This document shows, one piece after another, positions 29,501 to 39,812 of a stretch of 64,000 bases of DNA; the first letter of the stretch is position 1; every line of letters begins with the position of its first letter. The DNA lies in IMG/VR virus record IMGVR_UViG_3300028364_000013, one strand, 5' to 3'. Under the pieces are notes generated by a model. The model was not told the origin of the DNA and made no database searches. It saw only the letters and a list, made by a program, of their open reading frames with translations. The stretch is from a virus. Its lineage: Duplodnaviria; Caudoviricetes. The position numbers were made by a program, and so were the translations under genes.

Positions 29501-31609
29501 ATTATCTCCTAAAAAAACCTCAGGAACAGCAAGCTCTCCCCATATCTGCTTGAATGTGAGTGTCTCATATCCAAGAGCTGCATTCTCTTCTTTTGTTCTT
29601 AATTGTATCTCATCATCTTCGCTGGCTTCAAAAGCGTCTAAAACATTAGGAAACCCATCATCTCCAGCAGGGTCTGAAGGGCTTTGTAAAACTACTTGCC
29701 AATCATCTGGGCTTTGGTTTCCAAAATAACTCATTCCAGACCCAAGAAATGCTGTTGTAGCTGCTGCATCTGCAAACCCAAATCCTCCTGGAACTATTTG
29801 AAGGCCTGAATCCCCATTTGGATGCGCCATTGATGCTGCGTCTTGAGTAAATGCGTTGGACATAAAAAGGCAATACCTTCTTAATAATAAAAAATCAACA
29901 TCAGAAAGGTTTCCAAGTATTGAATCAGTTATGTTCTGAATATCCCTCTCTGCAAGCTCTTCAATTGACGAAACATCATCTCTATCAACTTTCCAAATAT
30001 CTCCACCAAAATCTCCTGGTAAATTTGGGTCACTACTTCTTGTCATATAAGCAACAATGCCACCCCTAACAAGTATGTTTGATGCTATGTTTGGATAATA
30101 TGATTTATAAGGATTTGAGGATGACATTTCAATGTTATTAATCCTTTGCTTGAGTGCTGCATCATCTTGTCCAGACTGAGCGTTATTTACAAGCAAATCT
30201 TTTGCAATACCCTCACTAATAGCAATGATAAAATTTTTTACAAACTCCATTTCGTGTTCGTCAACACCAATTTCAACACCGTCAGCACCTTGTGCTCCTT
30301 CTAAATTCTTCTTTGTTGCTGGAAGTTCATCTCCATCATCATTCAAAACCAAAGGAAATGATTCTCCAATAAGAATTTGCTTATTTACTAACAACTCATC
30401 TCTGGCCGCTTGTCTGTCACTACTCCCTCTGTATCCATCAAGTCCAGCATCAAGAATACTTCCCATTAAAAAGGCAGAATCTTTTGCTATTTGTGAAAAT
30501 ATTTCTCCTATAGTAATTTTCTCAAGCTTCTTTTCTGATGAAGCAAAAACTCTCCTTTTTATTTCATCATCAATCTTTTGAAGATTGTCTGATATAAGAC
30601 CGAGAGTTTGAGTCTTAGCTGAATCAATTGGAATTCTAAGCGTAGGATTATTAAACGCCTTATTAAATGAAGCGAAATTACTTGTTACAACACCAAACCT
30701 CGTAAATCCATTAACATTTACTCCGTTTGCATTTATCTTAAGAGATAATAACAAATAAGTATTTAATGCATTTAAGGTTGTTGCCTCTTTAAGCTTGCTC
30801 TCAATAAGTGGTATTGAATTTACGTCATCTCCAAAATCAGCTATATTAGGAATTGTAATAGTTTGAAATCCTACTACCGACTGATTGTTTACAGAGCCAA
30901 TAACTTCTTCTCCAGGTTCTAAAATATTTGTAACAGTAAGAGCTCTACCTAAGTTAGACTTCATGCTACCCAGTTTCTTAACCAGGTCATCAAACTCTTT
31001 TGTTGTATCCTGTGTTTTAACCTCAACCTGCTTACCTATTTTAATAAGGTCAAAGATGCTTGTTACAGCATCATCATTTCCTGGTCCAAGCCTATCTTTT
31101 CTTAATCTTTTTGCTGCAAGCAAATATAAGAAAGGTAAATCAGCAAAGAATCCCCATTGATTTGGTACAAACTCGCATTTAACGTCATAAGAGCCATCGC
31201 TTCCATTAAATGAAGTAGATGTCCTCTTTAGGTTAAGTAACCACGTAGACGGCTCCCCAAGGTATCCCTTGTAGGAAAATAAGAACTTTGGTGGTGGCCA
31301 GTTGAATAATACAGAATAGTCAATAGAAACATTGCTATCTGTTGGATGCCTGTCTTGACCTCCGAAAATAGTTTGACCATACAAATCTTTAAACACAATT
31401 GTTACAAGAGGTTGTAGTGAAGTGTTAATCTCAATATCAATTGATGTGATACCAAAACCAACGCTTTGTCTGAAGAATTCTGCACTAAACAGTTTTCTTC
31501 CAAGAAAATCAAACGTACTCCCTCCAACGCAAGCTTCAAGCCTAACGTCAATAAAGAGGTCTTTCATACGAAAACCATCTGGCTGTGGATTTACTGGTGC
31601 TCTTCCCAT
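26588..31609 (-). CDS. Large baseplate hub / tail-associated protein with C-terminal M15 (VanY-like) peptidase
   Basis: 1673 aa in the tail cluster; N-terminal GITSIDIE..QPLVTIVFKDLYG; C-terminal SGYRD...Q, ARPGYSNHNSGLAIDL, WLVLNAYKFGFVRTVTSEEWHWEY. Confidence 0.78.
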   Translation of the reverse strand: MGRAPVNPQPDGFRMKDLFIDVRLEACVGGSTFDFLGRKLFSAEFFRQSVGFGITSIDIEINTSLQPLVTIVFKDLYGQTIFGGQDRHPTDSNVSIDYSVLFNWPPPKFLFSYKGYLGEPSTWLLNLKRTSTSFNGSDGSYDVKCEFVPNQWGFFADLPFLYLLAAKRLRKDRLGPGNDDAVTSIFDLIKIGKQVEVKTQDTTKEFDDLVKKLGSMKSNLGRALTVTNILEPGEEVIGSVNNQSVVGFQTITIPNIADFGDDVNSIPLIESKLKEATTLNALNTYLLLSLKINANGVNVNGFTRFGVVTSNFASFNKAFNNPTLRIPIDSAKTQTLGLISDNLQKIDDEIKRRVFASSEKKLEKITIGEIFSQIAKDSAFLMGSILDAGLDGYRGSSDRQAARDELLVNKQILIGESFPLVLNDDGDELPATKKNLEGAQGADGVEIGVDEHEMEFVKNFIIAISEGIAKDLLVNNAQSGQDDAALKQRINNIEMSSSNPYKSYYPNIASNILVRGGIVAYMTRSSDPNLPGDFGGDIWKVDRDDVSSIEELAERDIQNITDSILGNLSDVDFLLLRRYCLFMSNAFTQDAASMAHPNGDSGLQIVPGGFGFADAAATTAFLGSGMSYFGNQSPDDWQVVLQSPSDPAGDDGFPNVLDAFEASEDDEIQLRTKEENAALGYETLTFKQIWGELAVPEVFLGDNVTLVNGNLVFNTYEEEESKREDQIQAVQNEAQNLANNQSNSLSDAKSLSPSGIRNAQNPLSFVDSKYTATRIVNNRIGYTFPTSNGNEYMAVFFRGEDNKRAQEANSAPTDGEFKNSDKDITDAGQNEPLGYVPINAKYGDEGDKTTALDNSPKFILNRIGSLVGYRDGTTQSRAGNVVDFDEMKDPAPGFFGSKDPLVTLFAATNIKWNNSIKENPQDNPNQTTNQDGVDYTGNIGYTIAAHSGTDPDSGLVFGIFSPSQSGRNHRAFVRKACDVLLQKLDDIIDKRNQIIGEVLGKAGDSEAAIYKQMHVLFHQWQSLSYSDNIDSNGALCGDVDEHKGAEGDDAKAKVFNVAEALEARFGDNHVDLLRDEKVWVTKEEYAEGTDATAEDLVELFPPGTDQVSVNIGSSQSAQGVPNGTFVYDYPMQRINNPGEPIVVRDSIINLEPLYKPNANTSILNIIQQVCSKNNFLFIPIPGNPGYLDVANIWSPSSKLANLQVRNFFHVLFTPTPESRTKTKNADGTSIAFSDKQKAYNVGSYVIKYGHPDNQIVKNISVGTEDNKVTAESIVNLQRLVDNENQNKKVTTDCSMLPVLAGRSYKATIDVLGNSQVYPMQFFFLENSPLFGGLYQVMKVKHSISPNNMDTSLEGIRMRFSPGSGYGSIKPVTLDTFRALGESEAPLAIPQGFDQAARDALKNFTEALVAVTGSFSANAADYLGQEFVNGNSGGPVALSVPKLPLNELTSSYDTSLGVRDLWSGGAVIGSEQLYIFDKYPLTAQILSAYKAMQIAAVADGIDLHLSSGYRDPFNNVIDGNGRFISTAQYNLRKQNVINKNKKNDDNYLRTASSGNFDPATARPGYSNHNSGLAIDLNCKGAKFGGVIMPIYEWLVLNAYKFGFVRTVTSEEWHWEYRPGKAQFQYDSRKGSKWYGLPDKLGIPIDKPTAASVAAGAAVAQGTNVMIDIESGLDI

Positions 31610-31611
31610 AT

Positions 31612-31917
31612 TTATCCTCTATCTCTTGTTGCAACAATTTTTATATTCACTTCATTCAATACATCCTGAAGCGGGAACGGAACCCTAATCGCAGTATTGT
31701 CTGGAATATCAAACTCCATAAAGTATTCTGGATTGGCCCAAAGTATTAACCTCCAAAACGTTTCATCTCTATATATATCTCCAGCAATAGTATCTAACCT
31801 ATTTTTTTGTTGATTGTATATAATGACTCTATCGGTATGTCTCTTTTTTATTAAAACAGGAGGCATATCTTTTAATTTGTCGTTTGACTTTAATAGACTG
31901 TAGAAATTGAATGGCAT
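31612..31917 (-). CDS. Baseplate LysM/tail-X-like protein
   Basis: RLDTIAGDIYRDETFWRLILWANP...IRVP. Confidence 0.78.
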   Translation of the reverse strand: MPFNFYSLLKSNDKLKDMPPVLIKKRHTDRVIIYNQQKNRLDTIAGDIYRDETFWRLILWANPEYFMEFDIPDNTAIRVPFPLQDVLNEVNIKIVATRDRG

Positions 31918-31978
31918 AATTATTTACTTTTCTATAAATAATAAGAATAAAAAAAGTGAAAACAAAGCCTATTACAGA

Positions 31979-34900
31979 TTATAATCCACGAAGTGGACTA
32001 TACATACCTCCAGCATCAGTTGCAAGAGGCGGAGCTGCATTGAATGACTTGTATGGCCCAATCATATTGAAGTTAAGAGAAACAAGAACCCACATAGGCT
32101 GAACTCTTCCACCCTCAAGTGTCCATGGAGCATCTGCATAATCAAAACTAACGCTGTTTACAACAATATCATGGTTCCACCAATCACCAAGGTGAATGTG
32201 ACAAATAGGAGGAGTAGTAAATGAGAATCCAGTTTCTGAACCATTATCATTTGCAGCTGGCCTTGTAAGTTTAGACAAGAACTCAACTTTTCTTACGAAG
32301 TCAATCTTATCTCCAGAGAAATAGGCAGGCTGGAACATCAGATTCTTTTTCATCGTATTTATTCTCTTTATAGTATCTTCAGGCTTACAAGCTGTCTCTC
32401 CATTAATAAACTCTTTCTTTATTACATCTATATTATAAACGTTTCCAGCATTCGTGTTACTCTCAGAATAATCTGTAAGACCATTAAATTTATTATCAGC
32501 TTCCCCTATTGCATCATTAACTTTTCCAGCTTCTGTCTTAAGTTCTTGAGCTCTTTTATCCAGAATACCAGACTCAACCTCATTATTTTTCTTCTGCTCT
32601 TTATTAAAAATTGCATCTTGAGCATTTTTGGCCTTATTCTTAGCAGCAATAGTCTTTGTTTGAAACCATCCGAAAAAATCGTCTTGTTCTGTAGATTGCT
32701 CTATTTCTTCTTGTTTTGATTCAATAGCTGCTCCTTCATTTTGATTTTCGTCAATTTTTTTAGAAAGCTCTATAGCATCATCTTTTTGCTTATTTTGTTC
32801 AGCCTTAAGAGCTTCAATTTGATTTATTATATTTGTGTTTTGAGCCTTATCGCTATCAGTAAAGTGTTTATCGAAAGTTGCAGCAACCTTTTCCATACCT
32901 TCACTGTCCCAATCTCTACCAACATCAACACTTTGAGCGTAATCTGTTAATACGAAAAAAGAAATAGACGCATCTCTACTTGAATTGTTGTATGTATACA
33001 CAGCCTCTGGTCTACCAAGGAAATTAACTGAATTCCAGTTGGCGTTCTCAGTATTTTGCATACTCATAATATAAGGAGGAAAATGAAACTGTTCCTCACT
33101 TGCATAATTTTTTATAAAGAAAACAAGCTTACCAGCATCTGAAGGCGCATAAGGATTCGCTACTGTATATCTTTGTCTTGAGATTCTTGGGCTACCATCT
33201 CTCTTAACACCTGTTATGTAAGCTCTATTGTTTTGTGGGTCAAAGTTTGGAGCAAGAGGTTCGTTACTTGCCTTAATAGTGTTCACAATATGTTTTACAC
33301 CTCTTTTTCCAAGGAAGAAATCTTCATCCTCATAAGGGTTTCCAATAGATGTCTTAGCCATCATTGATTGCGCACTACCAAGTACTGCATCGTTTGCAGT
33401 TGGTCTCAATAAATCCATATTACCACCACCACCTTGATAGTAGGCGCCTCCATTTGCTTGTATTACTGAAGCTGGAGTTGTATTTGTTCTCAATTGAGAC
33501 AACCCTCTAAATGAACCAATTGTATTTGAAATCAACTCCTGGAAACCATCTTGATTGAATGATTCTAACTCTCCAAGAGAAGAAGGGTCTCCCGCTTGAA
33601 GTCTGTATAAATTAAACGCACTTCTTTCTAAACTATAATTTCTAATAGTTGAAGTTACTTGACCCTCTTTAAATGGTACGTATGTTTGTCTCTTAAAGAA
33701 TGAATCTTCAAATTGACCACCTTTTTCTCCTATTGGATTAACAGAATAAAGAGCATCACTAATCACTCTTGGCCTTCTTCCAGTTGGAAAATCTACTTTT
33801 TGACTGGTTCCATATAAACCTTGAATTTCGTTACCTTTCGTGACGATATAATCGTCAGTTGAGAAAATAGCCTTTGCTGTAGGCGTGTAGTATGGGTCAA
33901 GACGTGTATAATCAACTTTGTTAGTGTTTATACTACCTTGAGTAATTCTTCCTAAAGTCCAGTTTTCATTGCTCGATGTATATTCATTATTTGAAACTTG
34001 CCATCTATTTGAAATCTTATTGTTATCTCTAAATACTTCTGAGTCTGTTTCTAAATTTGTGTTCTTAGAAACATTCTTAGAAAGCAATAATTGTCTTAAA
34101 ATTATACCTTGAGTAAATACTCTTGATATACCCAAGAATGCGCTGGTCCCAGCTCCATTAACATTTACTCCAAGCAATCCATATCCAGCATTTTTTGCAA
34201 TAGCATCTGTTCTATATGTTGACGAATCTGTAAGAAGATTTTGAGCCAACGGAACATTAGAAGAAACAGCGTTATCTCTAAATGCAACAGAATCAGCAAG
34301 TATACTTGAATTATTTGGAACGTTAGCCGCAAGGTCTGTAGCTCTATGAATAGCAGAATCAACACCAAGGTCACTTGTACTTGGGACGTTAGCTGATAAA
34401 TCATCATCTCTAAAATCTTCTGAGTCAGTTAAAAGATTTGAACTATTAGGAACATTAGCAGAAAGGTCATCAGTTCTAAAAGGAGCTGAGTCATCTAAAA
34501 GGTCACTAAAGTTTGGTACATTTGTCGCTAAGTCATCATTTCTAAACGGAACTGAATCTACCTCCAGGTCACTAAAATTTGGCGAGTTAGCAGAAAGGTC
34601 ATCAGCTCTAAATGGAACTGAGTCTACTTCTAAATCCGTATCAATTGGTGAATTAGCAGAAAGGTCATCTAATCTAAAGTTTGCTGAATCTATCTCAAGG
34701 TCGCTTAAATTTGGAGTGTTCAACGACAAGTCATCATCTCTGAAGACAACTGAGTCTGTTTCTAAATCTGTAAAACTTGGAGTATTAAAAGAAAGGTCAT
34801 CGCTTCTAAATGGAATTGAATCTGTTTCTAAACTACTTTGAACTGGTTTATTTAACGACAAGTCATCAGCTCTAAATTGAGTTGAGTCTTTTTCAAGGTC

Positions 34901-36337
34901 TGATTGAATTGGTTTGTTTACAGACAGGTCATCAGCTCTAAATTGAACTGAGTCTGTTTCTAAACTACTTTCGCTCGGCTTGTTTGCAGAAAGGTCGTCA
35001 GCTCTAAATTGAACTGAGTCTGTTTCTAAATCGCTTAAATTAACTTTATTTGCTGACAGGTCGCTATCTCTAAATGGAACTGAGTCAAATTCTAAATTGC
35101 TTGTATTTGGTTTGTTTGCCGAAAGGTCATCGCTTCTAAATCTCTCAGAATCTTTTTCAAGGTCTGAATTTTTGTTAGGATTTAAAGCCAGGTCATCTTC
35201 TCTAAACTGAGCTGAGTCTGTTTCTAAATTTGTAGGATTAGGTCCGTTTTTAGAAAGTAGTTCAATTCTTTTTTCATCACCAATTTCATCTAATCCAATA
35301 GAGCCTTCTCCGCCTTTTGAAAGATTATTGTTTCTATATATTTCAGAATCAGCTTTAAGGTCAGAATCGTTTGGAACATTCTTATGAATATTATCTCTTC
35401 TGTAAAGTTCGTTATCTCTTTCTATATCAGTTTTGTTTGGAACATTTCTGTTCAAATCTTTCTCTCTATACTGATTTCTAATATCTTCAGTATCTCTAAG
35501 AAGGTCTTGGTCCTTTGGTGGATTCTTACTTAAATCACCTTTTCTAAATGCACCAGAGTCTTTTTCAAGGTCTGAATCATTAGGAGTATTCTTTGCAATA
35601 GATTGGTCTCTCTTAGCTTTAGAAATATCGTCTATATCTTGCTTCTTAATACCTTCAACATTTTTATGAAGGTTTCTTAACCTAAATGATTCAGAGTCCT
35701 TCTCAAGGTCTGTATCTATAGGTACGTTCTTATGAACATCATTCTTTCTATATTGATTTCTAAATGATTCAGAATCTTGAAGTAAATCTTGGTCCTTTGG
35801 TGAATTTTTTGCAATAGCATTCTCTCTAAAAGCTTGGCTATTTTTATCAATATCATCGTTGAATGATAAATTAGGGTTGTTCTTCGCTAAATTGGTTCTT
35901 CTTAATTGTTCTGAATCTTTTTCAATATCAGATTTCTTAGGAGAGTTTTTTGCAATAAGATTATTTCTATAAGCCTCTCCAGACCTCATTAGATTATTTT
36001 TGTCATCTTGTATTTTTGCTCTTGCAAGCATTGAGTTTCTAAAATCTTCAGAAATTTTTGCAAGGTCAGTTTCATCAGTAACCAACTTAGCAATCAATTT
36101 ATCTCTTATAATTTTTGCATCCTCTTCAAGATTTGACTTAAATGGAGTATTTTTAGACAATAGAGTTTCCCTTGTTCTTGGATAAAGAACATCATAAACG
36201 CTGGATGGTCTGACAATAGTTTTAGCAAGAAGTCTTTGTCTTGCGTTAGCCGAAAATTCTTCATAGTATTCTCTTAGCTTCTCCTCTTGTCTGGCAGCAT
36301 CATCGTTTGGGTCAAATAAAGGGAATCCGTCTTCCAT
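31979..36337 (-). CDS. Tail/baseplate protein with a long 22-aa repeat region and a C-terminal tube-cap-like domain
   Basis: FHFPPYIMSMQNTENANWNSVNFLGRPEAVYTYNNSSRD and IVVNSVSFDYADAPW resemble contractile-tail tube initiators; lies between tape measure and LysM genes. Confidence 0.65.
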   Translation of the reverse strand: MEDGFPLFDPNDDAARQEEKLREYYEEFSANARQRLLAKTIVRPSSVYDVLYPRTRETLLSKNTPFKSNLEEDAKIIRDKLIAKLVTDETDLAKISEDFRNSMLARAKIQDDKNNLMRSGEAYRNNLIAKNSPKKSDIEKDSEQLRRTNLAKNNPNLSFNDDIDKNSQAFRENAIAKNSPKDQDLLQDSESFRNQYRKNDVHKNVPIDTDLEKDSESFRLRNLHKNVEGIKKQDIDDISKAKRDQSIAKNTPNDSDLEKDSGAFRKGDLSKNPPKDQDLLRDTEDIRNQYREKDLNRNVPNKTDIERDNELYRRDNIHKNVPNDSDLKADSEIYRNNNLSKGGEGSIGLDEIGDEKRIELLSKNGPNPTNLETDSAQFREDDLALNPNKNSDLEKDSERFRSDDLSANKPNTSNLEFDSVPFRDSDLSANKVNLSDLETDSVQFRADDLSANKPSESSLETDSVQFRADDLSVNKPIQSDLEKDSTQFRADDLSLNKPVQSSLETDSIPFRSDDLSFNTPSFTDLETDSVVFRDDDLSLNTPNLSDLEIDSANFRLDDLSANSPIDTDLEVDSVPFRADDLSANSPNFSDLEVDSVPFRNDDLATNVPNFSDLLDDSAPFRTDDLSANVPNSSNLLTDSEDFRDDDLSANVPSTSDLGVDSAIHRATDLAANVPNNSSILADSVAFRDNAVSSNVPLAQNLLTDSSTYRTDAIAKNAGYGLLGVNVNGAGTSAFLGISRVFTQGIILRQLLLSKNVSKNTNLETDSEVFRDNNKISNRWQVSNNEYTSSNENWTLGRITQGSINTNKVDYTRLDPYYTPTAKAIFSTDDYIVTKGNEIQGLYGTSQKVDFPTGRRPRVISDALYSVNPIGEKGGQFEDSFFKRQTYVPFKEGQVTSTIRNYSLERSAFNLYRLQAGDPSSLGELESFNQDGFQELISNTIGSFRGLSQLRTNTTPASVIQANGGAYYQGGGGNMDLLRPTANDAVLGSAQSMMAKTSIGNPYEDEDFFLGKRGVKHIVNTIKASNEPLAPNFDPQNNRAYITGVKRDGSPRISRQRYTVANPYAPSDAGKLVFFIKNYASEEQFHFPPYIMSMQNTENANWNSVNFLGRPEAVYTYNNSSRDASISFFVLTDYAQSVDVGRDWDSEGMEKVAATFDKHFTDSDKAQNTNIINQIEALKAEQNKQKDDAIELSKKIDENQNEGAAIESKQEEIEQSTEQDDFFGWFQTKTIAAKNKAKNAQDAIFNKEQKKNNEVESGILDKRAQELKTEAGKVNDAIGEADNKFNGLTDYSESNTNAGNVYNIDVIKKEFINGETACKPEDTIKRINTMKKNLMFQPAYFSGDKIDFVRKVEFLSKLTRPAANDNGSETGFSFTTPPICHIHLGDWWNHDIVVNSVSFDYADAPWTLEGGRVQPMWVLVSLNFNMIGPYKSFNAAPPLATDAGGMYSPLRGL
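34160..36200 (-). repeat. Degenerate 66-bp / 22-aa tandem repeat array (DLExDSxxFRxDDLSxNxPxxS)
   Basis: Units such as DLETDSVQFRADDLSANKPSES and SLETDSVQFRADDLSVNKPIQS; roughly 25-30 degenerate units; boundaries approximate. Confidence 0.85.
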
Positions 36338-36396
36338 TAATTAGTGTTTCTTATAAATAATAAAAGAAAAAAATTCAGGCATTAAATTAAAGCCTT

Positions 36397-39300
36397 TTAT
36401 GTAACAATCGTTGTATCATCAACAATAATACTCTGAAGGTCTCTACCATTAAGCTTAAGGTCAATTTGAATCTTTTGAGTTCCACCGCTCTTTCCGCCAC
36501 CTTCTCCAACTTTACTAAGTTTAGCAAGAGCTTCAGCGATTTTATTAATTGAGTCTCCCATAAGACCTCCTCCTATAGCGCCAATTGCCATAGACCAAGA
36601 AAGATTTCTAAGCATCTCAAGTTTTTCAAGGTCAAGACTGCTTGTTGCAGACATCAACCTTTCAAGACCTTCAGCCATCCTATCCAACCCATCTGCAGCA
36701 GCAGGAAGCGTTTCTCCAAGCGGAGCCATTACAGCGGCAAGACCAGAAAGGGTTCCAATCATCATAAGCATACCAAGAAGTAATATTGGATTAAGGAACA
36801 TAAGCCCAGCAAATCCAAATCCAATTAAACCTGGAACTATGCCGAGAAGAGCGTCTCCCATTTTTGAGAAAGCTGTCCAATCCACAGCAGAAACCATAGT
36901 AGCCGCAACAGCAATGCCCATAAGCCCTAAAGAACCAAGCATCAACGCTGGAGCTGCCATCATAAGAGCAAGCCCACCAAGCAATAAACCTGGCGCTGCT
37001 AATAATAAATTCCAACCAAGGTCACCAAGCCACCCGAACTCCATTCCCTGCATTGCTGCAGCTGCAGCAGAAAATACCATAAGAGAAGCTCCAAACGCCA
37101 TCAAAGCAATACCAACAGCGACTAAACCAAGAGCTCCAATTAATAAAAACATTCCAGCTGGAGTTGATAATAATAGACCAAGACCTATCAAGGTGACAAC
37201 TGTTCCTAATAACATTAACACCGCCATACCAACAGCACTCCAGTTAACTTCTGTAAATAACCCAAGAGCAAATGCAAACGGAATCAAAGACGCTCCAATT
37301 AAGACCATCATAAGTGCCCCTTTCATAATACCCTTAGCCCTACCAAGCGTTGATATACCTCTTGCGAGAGATTGAAATCCGAATACCACCAATTTACCTA
37401 ACGCTCCAACAGCAGCCATAAGAAAAAGAGTTGGCATACCTGGAAGCATCATTAACAATGCTGGCCCAGCAAGCGCTGTAGCAAGCACACCTTTCATTAC
37501 AGTTCCAAAATCTGTACCCATTGCTTTAAGACCTTTAGCAAGCCTTTCTAATCCTGTCTCACCTTTTCCTTGTGGTGCAGAATCTGTAGCGCCAGCGCCA
37601 GGAACCTCAGGAGCCGCACTTTGCGCCATCTCTTTTCCTTTTCCGATTCCCAATTTACCCATAAGACTTTTTCCGCCAGATGCCATAGCTTTAAATCCAT
37701 CAAGAGATTTTCCAAGCATAGGAGCTGCGGCTACAAACGCAAGAAGAGCTGCGGCCACATACTTAAGAGGCCCTGGCATTCCCATAATACCTTGAATGAA
37801 CGATGTCAAAACGTCCAGCACTGGCTGAAACAAAGTAAACATATTCATTATAGTATTTTTAAACGCATCTATACTCTCTTGGAACGATTGATTTGCTTTA
37901 GCTTGCTCTTCAAGCGTTTTGGTGTCATCCATTTTTTTCTGAATAAGCTGTTGTGCCTGGTCTGCTGTCAAATCTTCAAGACTTGCTATTCCCATTTCAT
38001 CAAGCATACCGCCTTCAAGAGCTTTACCATTAACATCTACAGAATCAAGAAGCATATTATTCATCATATCTTGGTCAAGAGGCTTTCCGTCTGGACCCAT
38101 AACTTCTTCCAGCTGCATATCTGGTAAGAAATCCATTTTCTTATTATCTTCCGCATTCTTTTGAATCATCTTCTGAATAGAATCCATTGACTGACCTGTT
38201 GCGTCAGCAACTATTTGAAGACGGTCAACATCAATTGCATCAAAAGAGAATGTTCCATCTTCTGCAAACGAACCTATGTCATCACCCATTGTAGTAAGAA
38301 TCTTTTGAAGCTCTTCTGGGCCTTTACGAGCTGCAGAAAGCAAATCCATTGGATTAATAGCCGCAAACGAACCACCAGCAAGCTGAAGTTGTGATGCCAT
38401 ATCCATGGCTCCTTCTATATTTCTTGCCTTAGCTGCAACATCAAATATCTCATCAACATTCATACGAAGCCTTTCAGCAGTTGCAACCATTCTTGTCAAA
38501 GACTCTTCGCCACCCTGGAATCCCATCTGACGCATTTTATCAATATTTCTTGCAACACCTTGCAGGACTTTTTTGGTATTAACTCCAAACAACTTAGCCA
38601 TCTTATTTGAACCTTCCATATATTCTTCCACTTCTCCTGCAGACTGCCCAGCTCTCATCATCTCTCCTGCAATCTTAGAAACCTCTTCAGAAGAAATTCC
38701 AGTAGCCTTTTGAATTGCTACAAAGTGCTCAGTTGCCGAAGCTAAATATTGAGTATCAATTGTTCTAAGTTCTTCACCAAGAGCTCCCATTAATGCGACT
38801 GTATCTTTAGTTGACATATTAAACTCAGCAGCCTTACTGGTAAGCTCTGTCATCTGAACTACATTGGAACTATCGAATACAAGACCAAAATCCTTTTGAG
38901 CATCCTTAAATGCTTGATTGGTTTGTTTCATGTGGTCAAATATAGACTTAAACGCATTTCCAGAGTTTTTTTCGACCATGCTCCACATGTTCTTTCTAAT
39001 GCTTGTTTCGGTCTTCATTTGATTTGCAGACTCAGCTTGTAAATTATTTAACACAGCTTGTCCGTCAGACATTTGTTGAGTCAATCCAAGCAATTCTTGT
39101 TTTGCCTTAGCATCAAGAGAGTCGGTTGCAAGTATTTGCTCTACAGCATCAAGCTCTCCGTTTCTAAGACTTTCTATCATAGACATCTTATCTGCAATAG
39201 AACTAAGAGGTAATTCGTCTAATATATCGCTTATTTCTTTGTTTGCATCAAGCCAATCGTTAAAATGGGTTTCATTTTTACTATTAAAATCCTCTTTGTT

Positions 39301-39777
39301 TTTATGAAAATCATCATGAAGTTTTACCAGCTGTTCGAATTCATCCTTTTGGTCTCCTTGTAATTTGTTTATATCACCCCCAAGAGTTTTCATTCTATCT
39401 TGAACTTCTGATATATTAGTAAACTCTTGAGAAAGTTTTGATGCGTCAATAGAATTAAGAGATGCGGCAAATAAATCAGAAGATGATTTAACAGTCTTAA
39501 ATGCGCCTTCTAAATTTAGAATTTGATTTGCCGCTTCAGATATGGCAGCTTTTTGACCTTCTATTGACTTCTTAGCGTCATTGATTAATTTAATTTCTTT
39601 TAATCTTTCTTCTTGAGTCTTTTTGGTTTGAGTCATGAAACCGCTAAAAGCAATACCCATTTCATTAGCAAGACTCGAAGCGGCCTGCTCTTGAGATTGA
39701 ATTCTTTTGTTTATTGCATCGAGTGAATCTTGATAGGCTTTTGCCTTTTTCAGATTATCGTCCATATTGTCAGCCAT
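36397..39777 (-). CDS. Tail tape measure protein
   Basis: 1126 aa, helical Ala/Gln/Met-rich N-half and Ala/Gly/Leu hydrophobic C-half; ends IQIDLKLNGRDL; sits upstream of baseplate genes. Confidence 0.82.
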   Translation of the reverse strand: MADNMDDNLKKAKAYQDSLDAINKRIQSQEQAASSLANEMGIAFSGFMTQTKKTQEERLKEIKLINDAKKSIEGQKAAISEAANQILNLEGAFKTVKSSSDLFAASLNSIDASKLSQEFTNISEVQDRMKTLGGDINKLQGDQKDEFEQLVKLHDDFHKNKEDFNSKNETHFNDWLDANKEISDILDELPLSSIADKMSMIESLRNGELDAVEQILATDSLDAKAKQELLGLTQQMSDGQAVLNNLQAESANQMKTETSIRKNMWSMVEKNSGNAFKSIFDHMKQTNQAFKDAQKDFGLVFDSSNVVQMTELTSKAAEFNMSTKDTVALMGALGEELRTIDTQYLASATEHFVAIQKATGISSEEVSKIAGEMMRAGQSAGEVEEYMEGSNKMAKLFGVNTKKVLQGVARNIDKMRQMGFQGGEESLTRMVATAERLRMNVDEIFDVAAKARNIEGAMDMASQLQLAGGSFAAINPMDLLSAARKGPEELQKILTTMGDDIGSFAEDGTFSFDAIDVDRLQIVADATGQSMDSIQKMIQKNAEDNKKMDFLPDMQLEEVMGPDGKPLDQDMMNNMLLDSVDVNGKALEGGMLDEMGIASLEDLTADQAQQLIQKKMDDTKTLEEQAKANQSFQESIDAFKNTIMNMFTLFQPVLDVLTSFIQGIMGMPGPLKYVAAALLAFVAAAPMLGKSLDGFKAMASGGKSLMGKLGIGKGKEMAQSAAPEVPGAGATDSAPQGKGETGLERLAKGLKAMGTDFGTVMKGVLATALAGPALLMMLPGMPTLFLMAAVGALGKLVVFGFQSLARGISTLGRAKGIMKGALMMVLIGASLIPFAFALGLFTEVNWSAVGMAVLMLLGTVVTLIGLGLLLSTPAGMFLLIGALGLVAVGIALMAFGASLMVFSAAAAAMQGMEFGWLGDLGWNLLLAAPGLLLGGLALMMAAPALMLGSLGLMGIAVAATMVSAVDWTAFSKMGDALLGIVPGLIGFGFAGLMFLNPILLLGMLMMIGTLSGLAAVMAPLGETLPAAADGLDRMAEGLERLMSATSSLDLEKLEMLRNLSWSMAIGAIGGGLMGDSINKIAEALAKLSKVGEGGGKSGGTQKIQIDLKLNGRDLQSIIVDDTTIVT

Positions 39778-39812
39778 GCTCTTCTTTTATTATAAATAAA
39801 TAATAAAAAAAA

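Noticed and set aside
34160-36200. Possible CRISPR array or DGR in the periodic region
   Set aside because: Repeats are in-frame 66-bp degenerate coding units without unique spacers; no cas or reverse transcriptase gene in the window
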